Positions 16,808 through 29,714 of a stretch of DNA of 64,000 nucleotides are shown piece by piece. The position numbers and the translations under genes are program-made. Numbering within the stretch: the first letter of the stretch is position 1; each line of letters opens with the position of its first letter. The notes below the pieces were generated by a model. It was not told where the DNA came from and made no database searches. It saw only the letters and a program-made list of their open reading frames with translations. The DNA is taken from assembly GCF_054482595.1 (NCBI RefSeq), contig NZ_CM137008.1; one strand, 5' to 3'.

Positions 16808-18310
16808 ATGAGCGAACCCCTGTTAATTGCCCGTACGCCGGACACAGAACTGTTTTTACTACCCGCTATGGCTAACCGTCACGGACTGATTACTGGCGCA
16901 ACGGGGACGGGTAAAACCGTTACGCTGCAAAAACTGGCAGAGTCATTGTCGGAAATCGGCGTGCCGGTGTTTATGGCTGATGTGAAAGGCGATCTGACCG
17001 GTATCGCGCAGGCAGGAACGGCGTCGGAAAAACTGCTCACAAGGCTTAAAAATATCGGCGTCAATGACTGGCAACCGCATGCCAATCCGGTGGTGGTGTG
17101 GGATATCTTTGGCGAGAAAGGCCATCCGGTGCGGGCGACGGTCTCGGATCTGGGGCCGCTGTTGCTGGCGCGGCTGTTGAATCTCAACGATGTGCAATCT
17201 GGCGTGCTGAATATCATTTTCCGCATTGCTGACGATCAGGGGCTGTTACTGCTCGACTTTAAAGATCTACGGGCAATTACCCAGTACATCGGCGATAACG
17301 CCAAATCTTTCCAGAATCAGTACGGTAATATCAGTAGCGCATCGGTTGGTGCCATCCAGCGCGGGCTGTTGTCGCTGGAACAGCAAGGCGCAGCACACTT
17401 CTTTGGTGAGCCGATGCTGGATATCAAAGACTGGATGCGCACCGATGCCAACGGTAAAGGCGTTATTAATATCCTCAGCGCCGAGAAGCTTTATCAGATG
17501 CCGAAACTGTACGCCGCCAGCCTGCTGTGGATGATTTCAGAGTTGTATGAACAATTGCCGGAAGCGGGCGATCTGGAGAAGCCAAAACTGGTGTTTTTCT
17601 TCGACGAAGCACATCTGCTGTTTAACGATGCACCGCAGGTACTGCTGGATAAGATTGAGCAGGTGATAAGGCTTATTCGCTCAAAAGGCGTGGGCGTCTG
17701 GTTCGTTTCGCAAAACCCGTCTGATATTCCAGATAATGTGCTCGGCCAGCTCGGTAATCGCGTTCAGCACGCTTTGCGGGCTTTTACGCCAAAAGATCAG
17801 AAAGCAGTGAAGGCAGCGGCGCAAACCATGCGGGCTAATCCGGCGTTTGATATCGAAAAGGCAATCCAGGAACTGGGGACGGGCGAAGCGTTGATCTCGT
17901 TTCTCGATGCAAAAGGAAGTCCTTCTGTGGTGGAACGGGCGATGGTGATTGCGCCTTGTTCGCGGATGGGACCGGTGACGGAAGATGAGCGCAATGGCTT
18001 GATTAATCACTCTCCGGTGTATGGCAAGTACGAGGATGACGTGGACCGGGAATCCGCCTATGAGATGTTGCAAAAAGGCTTTCAGGCCAGTACCGAGCAG
18101 CAAAATAATCCCCCCGCGAAAGGGAAAGAGGTAGCGGTAGATGACGGCATTCTTGGTGGATTGAAGGATATTTTGTTCGGCACTACCGGACCACGCGGCG
18201 GGAAGAAAGATGGTGTGGTGCAAACAATGGCCAAAAGCGCCGCTCGCCAAGTGACGAATCAGATTGTACGCGGGATGTTGGGGAGTTTGCTGGGGGGGAG
18301 AAGAAGGTAA
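16808..18310 (+). CDS. yjgR: P-loop NTPase YjgR (DUF853 family, 500 aa)
   Basis: Translation [37 protein letters not shown]... with Walker A; real start at internal ATG 16808. Confidence 0.85.
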   Translation: MSEPLLIARTPDTELFLLPAMANRHGLITGATGTGKTVTLQKLAESLSEIGVPVFMADVKGDLTGIAQAGTASEKLLTRLKNIGVNDWQPHANPVVVWDIFGEKGHPVRATVSDLGPLLLARLLNLNDVQSGVLNIIFRIADDQGLLLLDFKDLRAITQYIGDNAKSFQNQYGNISSASVGAIQRGLLSLEQQGAAHFFGEPMLDIKDWMRTDANGKGVINILSAEKLYQMPKLYAASLLWMISELYEQLPEAGDLEKPKLVFFFDEAHLLFNDAPQVLLDKIEQVIRLIRSKGVGVWFVSQNPSDIPDNVLGQLGNRVQHALRAFTPKDQKAVKAAAQTMRANPAFDIEKAIQELGTGEALISFLDAKGSPSVVERAMVIAPCSRMGPVTEDERNGLINHSPVYGKYEDDVDRESAYEMLQKGFQASTEQQNNPPAKGKEVAVDDGILGGLKDILFGTTGPRGGKKDGVVQTMAKSAARQVTNQIVRGMLGSLLGGRRR

Positions 18311-18311
18311 G

Positions 18312-18362
18312 TCAGGCGAGATTTGTCTTTGCCTGATGCGACGCTGGCGCGTCTTATCATGC
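18312..18362. repeat. REP (repetitive extragenic palindromic) element
   Basis: gcctgatgcgacgctggcgcgtcttatcatgcc-type palindromic unit after yjgR. Confidence 0.5.
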
Positions 18363-18470
18363 CCACCCCACTGCAATATATTGAATTTTAATTATTTTTC
18401 AGGAATGAACGAAGCACACTTTGCTAACAATAATAAAGGGAGCTTTCGCTCCCTTTATTCGTTCATTTGG

Positions 18471-19553
18471 TTACGATTTTCTCATTAACAGCCACAGGCT
18501 GATTAAGAAGAAGCTGGCGCTTGGCAACAGTGCGCCAATGATCGGCGGGATGCCGTAAACCAACGTCAGCGGACCGAAGATCTGGTCCAGTACGTAGAAG
18601 ACAAAACCGAAGCTGATACCGGTGACCACACGCACGCCCATCGGTACGCTACGCAGTGGGCCAAAGATGAACGACAGCGCCATCAGCATCATCACCGCCA
18701 CGGATAGCGGCTGGAAGATTTTGCTCCACATGTTGAGCTGATAACGTCCGGCATCCTGACCGCTCGACTTCAGATACTTCACGTAGTTGTGCAAACCACT
18801 GATGGAGAGTGCATCCGGGTCCAGCGCCACCACGCCCAGTTTGTCCGGTGTGAGGTTGGTTTTCCAGGTGCCGCTCACCGTCTGCGAACCGGTAATCTGT
18901 TTCGGATTGGTCAGATCAGATTCATCAACCTGCGACAGACGCCAGACTTTATGTTCCGGGTCAAACTTCGCAGTAGCGGCATAGCGTACGGATTGCAGAC
19001 GACGATTCTCGTTAAAGGCATAAATGCTGATGCCACCTAACTCTTCGTCACCTTTAACCCGCTCAATGTAGACGAAGTTGTTGCCATCTTTCGCCCATAA
19101 GCCTTGCTGGGTAGAGAGCAACGAGCCGCCGTACATCGCCTGCGCACGGTAGTTACGCGCCATCTGTTCGCCCTGCGGCGCAACCCATTCGCCAATCGCC
19201 ATCGTCAGCAAGACCAGCGGAATGGCGGTTTTCATCACCGACAGCGCCACCTGCATACGGGTAAAACCAGAAGCCTGCATCACCACCAGTTCGCTGCGCT
19301 GCGCCAGCATCCCAAGACCAAGCAACGCCCCAAGCAGAGCCGCCATCGGGAAGAATATTTGCACATCTTTCGGCACGCTCAGCAAGGTATACATTCCTGC
19401 GCCTAACGCGTCGTAACTCCCCTGCCCGGCTTTTTTCAACTGATCGACAAACTTGATAATGCCCGACAGCGACACCAGCATGAACAGCGTCATCATGATG
19501 GTTGTGAAAATAGTTTTACCGATATAGCGGTCAAGTACGCCAAAAGGTTGCAT
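18471..19553 (-). CDS. lptG: LPS export ABC permease LptG
   Basis: Translation MQPFGVLDRYIGKTIF... recognised as LptG (360 aa); overlaps lptF stop. Confidence 0.9.
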   Translation of the reverse strand: MQPFGVLDRYIGKTIFTTIMMTLFMLVSLSGIIKFVDQLKKAGQGSYDALGAGMYTLLSVPKDVQIFFPMAALLGALLGLGMLAQRSELVVMQASGFTRMQVALSVMKTAIPLVLLTMAIGEWVAPQGEQMARNYRAQAMYGGSLLSTQQGLWAKDGNNFVYIERVKGDEELGGISIYAFNENRRLQSVRYAATAKFDPEHKVWRLSQVDESDLTNPKQITGSQTVSGTWKTNLTPDKLGVVALDPDALSISGLHNYVKYLKSSGQDAGRYQLNMWSKIFQPLSVAVMMLMALSFIFGPLRSVPMGVRVVTGISFGFVFYVLDQIFGPLTLVYGIPPIIGALLPSASFFLISLWLLMRKS

Positions 19554-20653
19554 CACACCGCTCCTTTACGCGAAAAACTGGCGCGCAGGCGGCGGACCGG
19601 CACGGTGTCCCAAAGGTTGAGAACAATCGCCAAAGCCAGATAAATCAGGTTAACGGTCCACATCCACAGCGTCGGGTCCAGCTTACCTTTACCGCCGTTC
19701 GATTTCAGGGAGGTCTGGATCAGGAAGAAAAGTAGATACAGCAGCATGGCTGGCAGCATCGACAGTACGCGTCCCTGACGTGGGTTAACCACGCTCAGCG
19801 GTACGACCATAAGTGCCATCATAAACACGGTGAATACCAACGTGATACGCCAGTTCAGTTCTGCGCGAGCACGATCGGTGTCAGTGTTCCACAATGTGCG
19901 CATGTCCATCTGGTCGGTATCGTTCGGGTCGAGCGCCACCGCCTGGTGACCAATGATCGCCTGATAATCCTGGAAGTCCGTAATGCGGAAATCACGTAAC
20001 AATGCAGTGCCTTCGAAGCGCGTTCCCTGGTTGAGAGTGACGACCTGGGAGCCGTCGCGCAGCTGGGTTAAATGTCCGGAATCGGCCACCACCACAGAAG
20101 GACGTGCATTACCTTTTGGTCGAATTTGTGCGAGGAACACATCTTTGAAATCGCTGCCGTCAACGCTTTCGATGAACAGCACCGAGCTGCCATTAGTCGC
20201 TTGCTGGAATTGCCCTTGCGCCAGCGCCGCCATGCCAGGGTTCGCTTTCGCTTCTGCTAACACTTCATCCTGATGACGCGATGACCACGGTCCCGCCCAC
20301 ATCACGTTAACCGCCGCGACGATTGCCGTGAATACCGCAAGGATCATTGCCGCTTTCACCAGAACCGCTTTGCTCAGGCCGCAGGCATGCATTACCGTAA
20401 TTTCACTTTCGGTATACAGTTTGCCCAGCGTCATCAGCAGCCCGAGGAACAGGCTTAATGGCAGGATAAGCTGCGCCATTTCCGGCACGCCCAACCCGAG
20501 AAGGGAGAGCACCAGATTCGCCGGAATATCGCCGTCAACCGCTGCGCCGAGGATCCTCACTAACTTTTGACAGAAGAAGATCAAAAGCAAGATGAAGAGT
20601 ATCGCCAGCTGGCTTTTGAGCGTCTCCCGCACCAGATATCTTATGATTATCAC
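19553..20653 (-). CDS. lptF: LPS export ABC permease LptF
   Basis: Translation MIIIRYLVRETLKSQLAILFILLLIFF... recognised as LptF (366 aa). Confidence 0.9.
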   Translation of the reverse strand: MIIIRYLVRETLKSQLAILFILLLIFFCQKLVRILGAAVDGDIPANLVLSLLGLGVPEMAQLILPLSLFLGLLMTLGKLYTESEITVMHACGLSKAVLVKAAMILAVFTAIVAAVNVMWAGPWSSRHQDEVLAEAKANPGMAALAQGQFQQATNGSSVLFIESVDGSDFKDVFLAQIRPKGNARPSVVVADSGHLTQLRDGSQVVTLNQGTRFEGTALLRDFRITDFQDYQAIIGHQAVALDPNDTDQMDMRTLWNTDTDRARAELNWRITLVFTVFMMALMVVPLSVVNPRQGRVLSMLPAMLLYLLFFLIQTSLKSNGGKGKLDPTLWMWTVNLIYLALAIVLNLWDTVPVRRLRASFSRKGAV

Positions 20654-20916
20654 TTTAAATACGCCCGTAAAAACTCGTCTTTTGCAGGATTTTAGCTTGT
20701 TTCATGGCTTAAACGTCATTTATTCTCTTGAGTCGTCGAAATCGTCGCTAAGATAATTATACTCAACGGATTCACCTCTCAGATTTTGTTCTGACGTGCC
20801 AATGCCGTAATAACGTTAAGATTAACACGAAGTCATCGCAACAGCGGACATGAGTTACGAAAGCTTGCAATTCTATCTGTAGCCACCGCCGTTGTCTTTA
20901 AGATTCAGGAGCGTAG

Positions 20917-22431
<1,515 letters not shown>

Positions 22432-22439
22432 TTGCGTCA

Positions 22440-22735
<296 letters not shown>

Positions 22736-22783
22736 CGGTGTATACCTGATGCGTATTTAAATCCACCACAAGAAGCCCCATAT

Positions 22784-23227
22784 ATGAAAAACGCAACGTT
22801 CTACCTTCTGGACAATGACACCACCGTCGATGGCTTAAGCGCCGTTGAGCAGCTGGTGTGTGAAATTGCCGCAGAACGTTGGCGCAGCGGTAAGCGCGTG
22901 CTCATCGCCTGTGAAGATGAAAAGCAGGCTTACCGGCTGGATGAAGCCCTGTGGGCGCGTCCGGCAGAAAGCTTTGTTCCGCATAATTTAGCGGGAGAAG
23001 GACCGCGCGGCGGTGCGCCGGTGGAGATCGCCTGGCCGCAAAAGCGCAGCAGCAGCCCGCGCGATATATTGATTAGTCTGCGAACAAGCTTTGCAGATTT
23101 TGCCACCGCTTTCACAGAAGTGGTAGACTTCGTCCCTTATGAAGATTCTCTGAAACAACTGGCGCGCGAACGCTATAAAGCCTACCGCGTGGCTGGTTTC
23201 AACCTGAATACGGCAACCTGGAAATAA
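22784..23227 (+). CDS. holC: DNA polymerase III chi subunit HolC
   Basis: 147-aa translation [57 protein letters not shown]...; stop overlaps the valS start. Confidence 0.9.
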
Positions 23228-26082
23228 TGGAAAAGACATATAACCCACAAGATATCGAACAGCCGCTTTACGAGCACTGGGAAAAGCAGGGCTACTTTAA
23301 GCCTAATGGCGATGAAAGCCAGGAAAGTTTCTGCATCATGATCCCGCCGCCGAACGTCACCGGCAGTTTGCATATGGGTCACGCCTTCCAGCAAACCATC
23401 ATGGATACCATGATCCGCTATCAGCGCATGCAGGGCAAAAACACCCTGTGGCAGGTCGGTACTGACCACGCCGGGATCGCTACCCAGATGGTCGTTGAGC
23501 GCAAGATTGCCGCAGAAGAAGGTAAAACCCGTCACGACTACGGCCGCGAAGCTTTCATCGACAAAATTTGGGAATGGAAAGCGGAATCCGGCGGCACGAT
23601 TACCCGTCAGATGCGCCGTCTCGGCAACTCCGTCGACTGGGAGCGTGAACGCTTCACGATGGACGAAGGCCTGTCCAATGCGGTGAAAGAAGTTTTCGTT
23701 CGTCTGTATAAAGAAGACCTGATTTACCGTGGCAAACGCCTGGTAAACTGGGATCCGAAACTGCGCACCGCTATCTCTGACCTGGAAGTGGAAAACCGCG
23801 AATCGAAAGGTTCGATGTGGCACATCCGCTATCCGCTGGCTGACGGCGCGAAAACCGCAGACGGTAAAGATTATCTGGTGGTTGCGACTACCCGTCCGGA
23901 AACCCTGTTGGGCGATACCGGCGTGGCCGTTAACCCGGAAGATCCGCGTTACAAAGACCTGATTGGCAAATATGTCATTCTACCGCTGGTTAACCGTCGT
24001 ATTCCGATCGTTGGCGACGAACACGCCGACATGGAAAAAGGCACCGGCTGCGTGAAAATCACTCCGGCGCACGACTTTAACGACTATGAAGTGGGTAAAC
24101 GTCACGCGCTGCCGATGATCAACATCCTGACCTTTGACGGCGATATCCGTGAAAGCGCCCAGGTGTTCGATACCAAAGGTAACGAATCTGACGTTTATTC
24201 CAGCGAAATCCCGGCAGAATTCCAGAAACTGGAGCGTTTTGCTGCACGTAAAGCAGTCGTTGCTGCGGTTGACGCACTCGGCCTGCTGGAAGAAATTAAA
24301 CCGCACGACCTGACCGTTCCTTACGGCGACCGTGGCGGCGTAGTTATCGAACCAATGCTGACCGACCAGTGGTACGTGCGTGCCGATGTACTGGCGAAAC
24401 CGGCGGTTGAAGCGGTTGAGAACGGCGACATTCAGTTCGTACCGAAGCAGTACGAAAACATGTATTTCTCCTGGATGCGCGATATTCAGGACTGGTGTAT
24501 CTCTCGTCAGCTGTGGTGGGGTCACCGTATCCCGGCATGGTATGACGAAGCGGGTAATGTTTATGTTGGCCGCAACGAAGAAGAAGTGCGCAAGGAAAAT
24601 AACCTCGGTGCCGACGTTGCCCTGCGTCAGGACGAAGACGTTCTCGACACCTGGTTCTCTTCTGCGCTGTGGACCTTCTCTACCCTTGGCTGGCCGGAAA
24701 ACACCGACGCCCTGCGTCAGTTCCACCCAACCAGCGTGATGGTATCCGGCTTCGACATCATCTTCTTCTGGATTGCCCGCATGATCATGATGACCATGCA
24801 CTTCATCAAAGATGAAAATGGCAAACCGCAGGTGCCGTTCCACACTGTTTACATGACAGGTCTGATTCGTGACGACGAAGGCCAGAAGATGTCCAAATCC
24901 AAGGGTAACGTTATCGACCCGCTGGATATGGTTGACGGTATTTCGCTGCCAGAACTGCTGGAAAAACGTACCGGCAATATGATGCAGCCGCAGCTGGCGG
25001 ACAAAATCCGTAAGCGCACCGAGAAGCAGTTCCCGAACGGTATTGAGCCGCACGGTACTGACGCGCTGCGCTTCACCCTGGCGGCGCTGGCGTCTACCGG
25101 TCGTGACATCAACTGGGATATGAAGCGTCTGGAAGGCTACCGTAACTTCTGTAACAAGCTGTGGAACGCCAGCCGCTTTGTGCTGATGAACACGGAAGGT
25201 CAGGATTGCGGCTTCAACGGCGGTGAAATGACGCTGTCGCTGGCGGACCGCTGGATTCTGGCGGAGTTCAACCAGACCATCAAAGCGTACCGCGAAGCGC
25301 TGGACAGCTTCCGCTTCGATATCGCCGCTGGCATTCTGTATGAATTCACCTGGAACCAGTTCTGTGACTGGTATCTGGAGCTGACCAAGCCGGTAATGAA
25401 CGGTGGCACCGAAGCCGAACTGCGTGGTACTCGCCATACGCTGGTGACTGTACTGGAAGGTCTGCTGCGCCTCGCGCATCCGATCATTCCGTTCATCACC
25501 GAAACCATCTGGCAGCGTGTGAAGGTACTTTGCGGTATCACCGCCGACACCATCATGCTGCAGCCGTTCCCGCAGTATGATGCGTCTCAGGTTGATGAAG
25601 CGGCGCTGGCCGACACCGAGTGGCTGAAACAGGCGATCGTTGCCGTACGTAACATCCGTGCAGAAATGAATATCGCGCCGGGCAAACCGCTGGAGCTGCT
25701 GCTGCGTGGTTGCAGCGCGGATGCAGAACGTCGCGTAAATGAAAACCGTGGCTTCCTGCAAACCCTGGCGCGTCTGGAAAGCATCACCGTGCTGCCTGCC
25801 GATGACAAAGGTCCGGTTTCCGTTACGAAGATCATCGACGGCGCAGAGCTGCTGATCCCGATGGCTGGCCTCATCAACAAAGAAGATGAGCTGGCGCGTC
25901 TGGCGAAAGAAGTGGCGAAGATCGAAGGCGAAATCAGCCGTATCGAGAACAAGCTGGCGAATGAAGGCTTTGTCGCCCGCGCACCGGAAGCGGTCATCGC
26001 GAAAGAGCGTGAGAAGCTGGAAGGCTATGCAGAAGCGAAAGCTAAGCTGATTGAACAGCAGGCTGTTATCGCCGCGCTGTAA
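23227..26082 (+). CDS. valS: Valine--tRNA ligase ValS
   Basis: 951-aa translation with class I HIGH ([15 protein letters not shown]) and KMSKS motifs and a C-terminal coiled coil. Confidence 0.95.
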
Positions 26083-26106
26083 TCAAAACACAGTGATGAA
26101 AACGAA

Positions 26107-26132
26107 GGCCGGAGCATGCTCCGGCCTTTTTT
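26107..26132 (+). terminator. Rho-independent terminator downstream of valS
   Basis: Palindrome ggccggagcatgctccggcc followed by a T6 run. Confidence 0.6.
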
Positions 26133-26137
26133 ATCTC

Positions 26138-27334
26138 TTACAGAAATGGTAAAGAAGGCATGATTCCCCGTGAAATACTGGCTAAGAAGCCTTTATCTGG
26201 TTGTTCTTCTTTATTGATTAAAGGAAGGTCATCCAAATCGCCCAGCAAATACGTATTTTTTGCCTGCCAGTCAATCATCCATATTTTCAGCAGTGGATAA
26301 GCCAGACCGCCCGTAATCCCGGATATCACCACCAACGCACACATGCGATAAAGCATACCGTGGTATGTTAAAGTTGAGCGAAAACGAATACGCCCATCAT
26401 TCAGTGACAGGTTGCTCATAAAATGATTTCGCAACGACACCGTTAAATAACTGGTGCTAACAGCAATCCCAAAATAATAGATTAACTGCGCGATTATCAT
26501 TTTACGCTGCATTTCCATAAATTGCTGTAAATTCTCAATATCATCATTTGCATACACAGAACTATCATACGCATTTAATATTTGATCGAAGATAATATAA
26601 CCAGCAACAGCGAGAAAAGGTAATAAAGCTAAAAATGCGAGGATGGCATATTTTATACAATACGCAGTATCTAATTTCACCTTGAAACGATGTATACCGA
26701 AACTGGTATTGCTCCAGAGAAAACTCATTACCAGGCTATATAAAGTACCATTAAAAATACCAATGGAAACAATACCAACTATTGCCATCAGAACCACAGA
26801 TATAATAACACTACTTGAACTATTGGCATGTAGCATCTTTGTCGAGATAAAGAAAACAGTCCCCATCCCAATGGCCATTAAAATCGGCAAGAAAAAGGTT
26901 ACCCACCAGAACCCTTTCATAGAGCAATTAAAACTAAATCTTACGCCGTTGAGACTAGTCATCAAGGCCTGATAACGCAGTCCTTTTACTGCCATAAATA
27001 TAAGCAAAACCAACAGTGACAAAGTCAAAACACAGCCAACAAGCGGCATATCTGCTGACACTGTCATTAAGATTGCGAAATAGAAAAAAACAAAAACAAG
27101 ACAACTAAAAAAAACATTCCCACCAGTAATTCCATAAGAAAATCGTTGTCCGTTAACTTCCATATTAGCATAGAGATAACGCCTACATTTCATTAATGCC
27201 CATGGTAAATAGATACCTAGCGTTATAATCGTTAACAACACATTCACCACACAAATAAGAAAATATCTCTCACCTGTACCATGAAAAACAAACGAATGGG
27301 ACGGAACATCCATTTCATTAATAACTTGAGCCAT
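26138..27334 (-). CDS. yjgN: Inner membrane protein YjgN (DUF898)
   Basis: Polytopic membrane protein at the K-12 yjgN position; start probably at internal ATG (MAQVINEMDV...). Confidence 0.8.
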   Translation of the reverse strand: MAQVINEMDVPSHSFVFHGTGERYFLICVVNVLLTIITLGIYLPWALMKCRRYLYANMEVNGQRFSYGITGGNVFFSCLVFVFFYFAILMTVSADMPLVGCVLTLSLLVLLIFMAVKGLRYQALMTSLNGVRFSFNCSMKGFWWVTFFLPILMAIGMGTVFFISTKMLHANSSSSVIISVVLMAIVGIVSIGIFNGTLYSLVMSFLWSNTSFGIHRFKVKLDTAYCIKYAILAFLALLPFLAVAGYIIFDQILNAYDSSVYANDDIENLQQFMEMQRKMIIAQLIYYFGIAVSTSYLTVSLRNHFMSNLSLNDGRIRFRSTLTYHGMLYRMCALVVISGITGGLAYPLLKIWMIDWQAKNTYLLGDLDDLPLINKEEQPDKGFLASISRGIMPSLPFL

Positions 27335-27526
27335 AAAAATTCCCTGAATTAAAAAATCCATTGATATAATTTATAGATACAGACAGTAAAATGTTCTGCC
27401 ACGTTACAATACTCTTATCAGTAATAGGCTGGCAAAAACTTTATTGCTTTATAAGATGCTTGCGCACGTAAGAAGAGAGTGGTATTAAACAAATGTATAA
27501 TTACTTTATTTTTATTGGGTTAAACT

Positions 27527-28030
27527 ATGAATAACATTGCGCCGCAATCACCTGTAATGCGTCGCCTGACGTTGCAGGATAATCCTGCTATCGCCCGCGT
27601 CATTCGTCAGGTATCCGCCGAATACGGTCTTACCGCTGATAAAGGCTACACCGTCGCCGATCCGAATCTTGACGAGCTGTATCAAGTGTATAGTCAGCCT
27701 GGTCATGCATATTGGGTGGTTGAGTACGAGGGTGAAGTGGTCGGCGGCGGTGGGATTGCGCCATTAGCAGGTAGTGAATCGGACATTTGCGAACTGCAAA
27801 AGATGTATTTTCTTCCGGCTATTCGCGGCAAAGGGCTGGCAAAAAAACTGGCCTTAAAGGCGATGGAGGAGGCAAGAGAAATGGGCTTCAAACGCTGCTA
27901 TCTGGAAACGACCGCTTTTTTGAAAGAAGCGATTGGTTTGTATGAACATTTAGGTTTTCAACATATCGACTATGCACTTGGCTGCACGGGCCATGTTGAT
28001 TGTGAAGTGCGGATGTTGCGCGAACTCTAA
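27527..28030 (+). CDS. yjgM: GNAT-family N-acetyltransferase YjgM
   Basis: 167-aa translation with acetyl-CoA binding region ([18 protein letters not shown]); position matches K-12. Confidence 0.8.
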   Translation: MNNIAPQSPVMRRLTLQDNPAIARVIRQVSAEYGLTADKGYTVADPNLDELYQVYSQPGHAYWVVEYEGEVVGGGGIAPLAGSESDICELQKMYFLPAIRGKGLAKKLALKAMEEAREMGFKRCYLETTAFLKEAIGLYEHLGFQHIDYALGCTGHVDCEVRMLREL

Positions 28031-28075
28031 AAAAATGCCCGCTAGTGTGTGCTATCGGGCATTTTAATCAATTAA

Positions 28076-28492
28076 TTAGTGGCGAACACCGTCATCGTCT
28101 TCATCGACAAAATCTTCATCGTCGCCGTCTTCGCCGTTGGGATCTTCAAAGTAAGTGCCCCAACCGTCGTACTCAACGTCAAATTTCTCCGCCAGCGTCA
28201 TCAGTTGTTCAACCTGGGCATCGATCAGATCGGCATTCAACGCGCACTCGCTGAGGATGTCGCAGCAAATCACGATATCACCATCTTCAACTTCCAGCTC
28301 TTCTGGATCGGTCACTTCGTAACCGAGTTTAAACGCTTCAACTGCCGCTTTTTCCAGAGTTTCCAGATCGTCTGCGGAAAGATGGTGTTCGATGGTATAC
28401 AGCGCGTCCGGATCGCTGCCATCTTCCAGTAATTCTTCAATAATCAAACGTGTTTCTTCACGCTGTTCTTCCAGTTGTTCCGGGTTTGCCAT
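28076..28492 (-). CDS. rraB: RNase E inhibitor RraB (YjgD)
   Basis: 138-aa highly acidic protein [39 protein letters not shown]... Confidence 0.85.
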
Positions 28493-28653
28493 GGCTCATT
28501 CCTCTTAATGTCCTGCCGATACTCTTATTGTCACACACCACTGACATTGCCTCCACCTTTGTGACAAAGATTTATGCTTTAGACTTGCAAATGAATAATC
28601 ATCCATATAAATTGAATTTTAATTCATTGAGGCGTTAGCCACAGGAGGGATCT

Positions 28654-29658
28654 ATGTCCGGGTTTTATCATAAGCATTTCCTGAAATTACTCGATTTCAC
28701 GCCAGCTGAACTCAACAGCCTGCTGCAGTTAGGCGCGAAGCTGAAAGCCGATAAGAAAAGCGGCAAAGAAGAAGCCAAACTCACTGGTAAAAACATCGCG
28801 CTCATCTTCGAAAAAGACTCGACCCGTACCCGATGCTCTTTCGAAGTTGCCGCATATGACCAGGGTGCTCGCGTTACTTATCTCGGCCCAAGCGGCAGCC
28901 AGATTGGTCATAAAGAGTCGATTAAAGACACTGCCCGCGTGCTGGGTCGCATGTATGACGGTATTCAGTATCGCGGCTATGGTCAGGAGATTGTCGAAAC
29001 ACTGGCGGATTACGCTGGCGTGCCGGTATGGAACGGCCTGACCAATGAGTTTCACCCCACGCAGTTGCTGGCGGATCTCCTCACCATGCAGGAGCATTTA
29101 CCCGGTAAAGCATTCAACGAAATGACGCTGGTCTATGCAGGTGACGCACGTAACAACATGGGCAATTCGATGCTCGAAGCTGCGGCGCTTACCGGTCTGG
29201 ATTTGCGTCTGGTCGCGCCACAGGCATGCTGGCCGGAAGCTGCGCTGGTTACGGAATGCCGCGCCCTGGCACAGCAAAATGGCGGGAATATTACGCTGAC
29301 GGAAGATGTAGCCAAAGGAGTTGAAGGTGCTGACTTTATCTATACCGATGTGTGGGTGTCGATGGGGGAAGCAAAAGAGAAATGGGCAGAACGGATTGCA
29401 TTACTGCGTGATTATCAGGTGAACAGCAAGATGATGCAGTTGACCGGTAACCCGGAGGTCAAATTCCTCCACTGCCTGCCCGCGTTTCATGACGACCAGA
29501 CGACGCTTGGTAAGAAAATGGCGGAAGAGTTTGGCCTACATGGCGGAATGGAAGTGACTGATGAGGTCTTCGAATCTGCCGCCAGCATTGTTTTTGATCA
29601 GGCGGAAAACCGTATGCATACCATCAAAGCAGTGATGGTCGCGACGCTCAGTAACTAA
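28654..29658 (+). CDS. argI: Ornithine carbamoyltransferase ArgI
   Basis: 334-aa translation with STRTR and HCLP motifs; genomic context (rraB, yjgL) favours argI over argF. Confidence 0.9.
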   Translation: MSGFYHKHFLKLLDFTPAELNSLLQLGAKLKADKKSGKEEAKLTGKNIALIFEKDSTRTRCSFEVAAYDQGARVTYLGPSGSQIGHKESIKDTARVLGRMYDGIQYRGYGQEIVETLADYAGVPVWNGLTNEFHPTQLLADLLTMQEHLPGKAFNEMTLVYAGDARNNMGNSMLEAAALTGLDLRLVAPQACWPEAALVTECRALAQQNGGNITLTEDVAKGVEGADFIYTDVWVSMGEAKEKWAERIALLRDYQVNSKMMQLTGNPEVKFLHCLPAFHDDQTTLGKKMAEEFGLHGGMEVTDEVFESAASIVFDQAENRMHTIKAVMVATLSN

Positions 29659-29674
29659 TTGATATCGCTATAAA

Positions 29675-29706
29675 GATGCCGGGAAATACAAAACTATCCC
29701 GGCATC
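29675..29706. terminator. Bidirectional hairpin terminator between convergent argI and yjgL
   Basis: 10-bp stem gatgccggga / tcccggcatc with a 12-nt loop, T-rich flanks on both sides. Confidence 0.5.
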
Positions 29707-29714
29707 ACATTATT

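Noticed and set aside
23980-25761. 593-aa minus-strand ORF
   Set aside because: Lies entirely antisense within valS, whose identity is unambiguous; a shadow ORF typical of GC-rich coding sequence.
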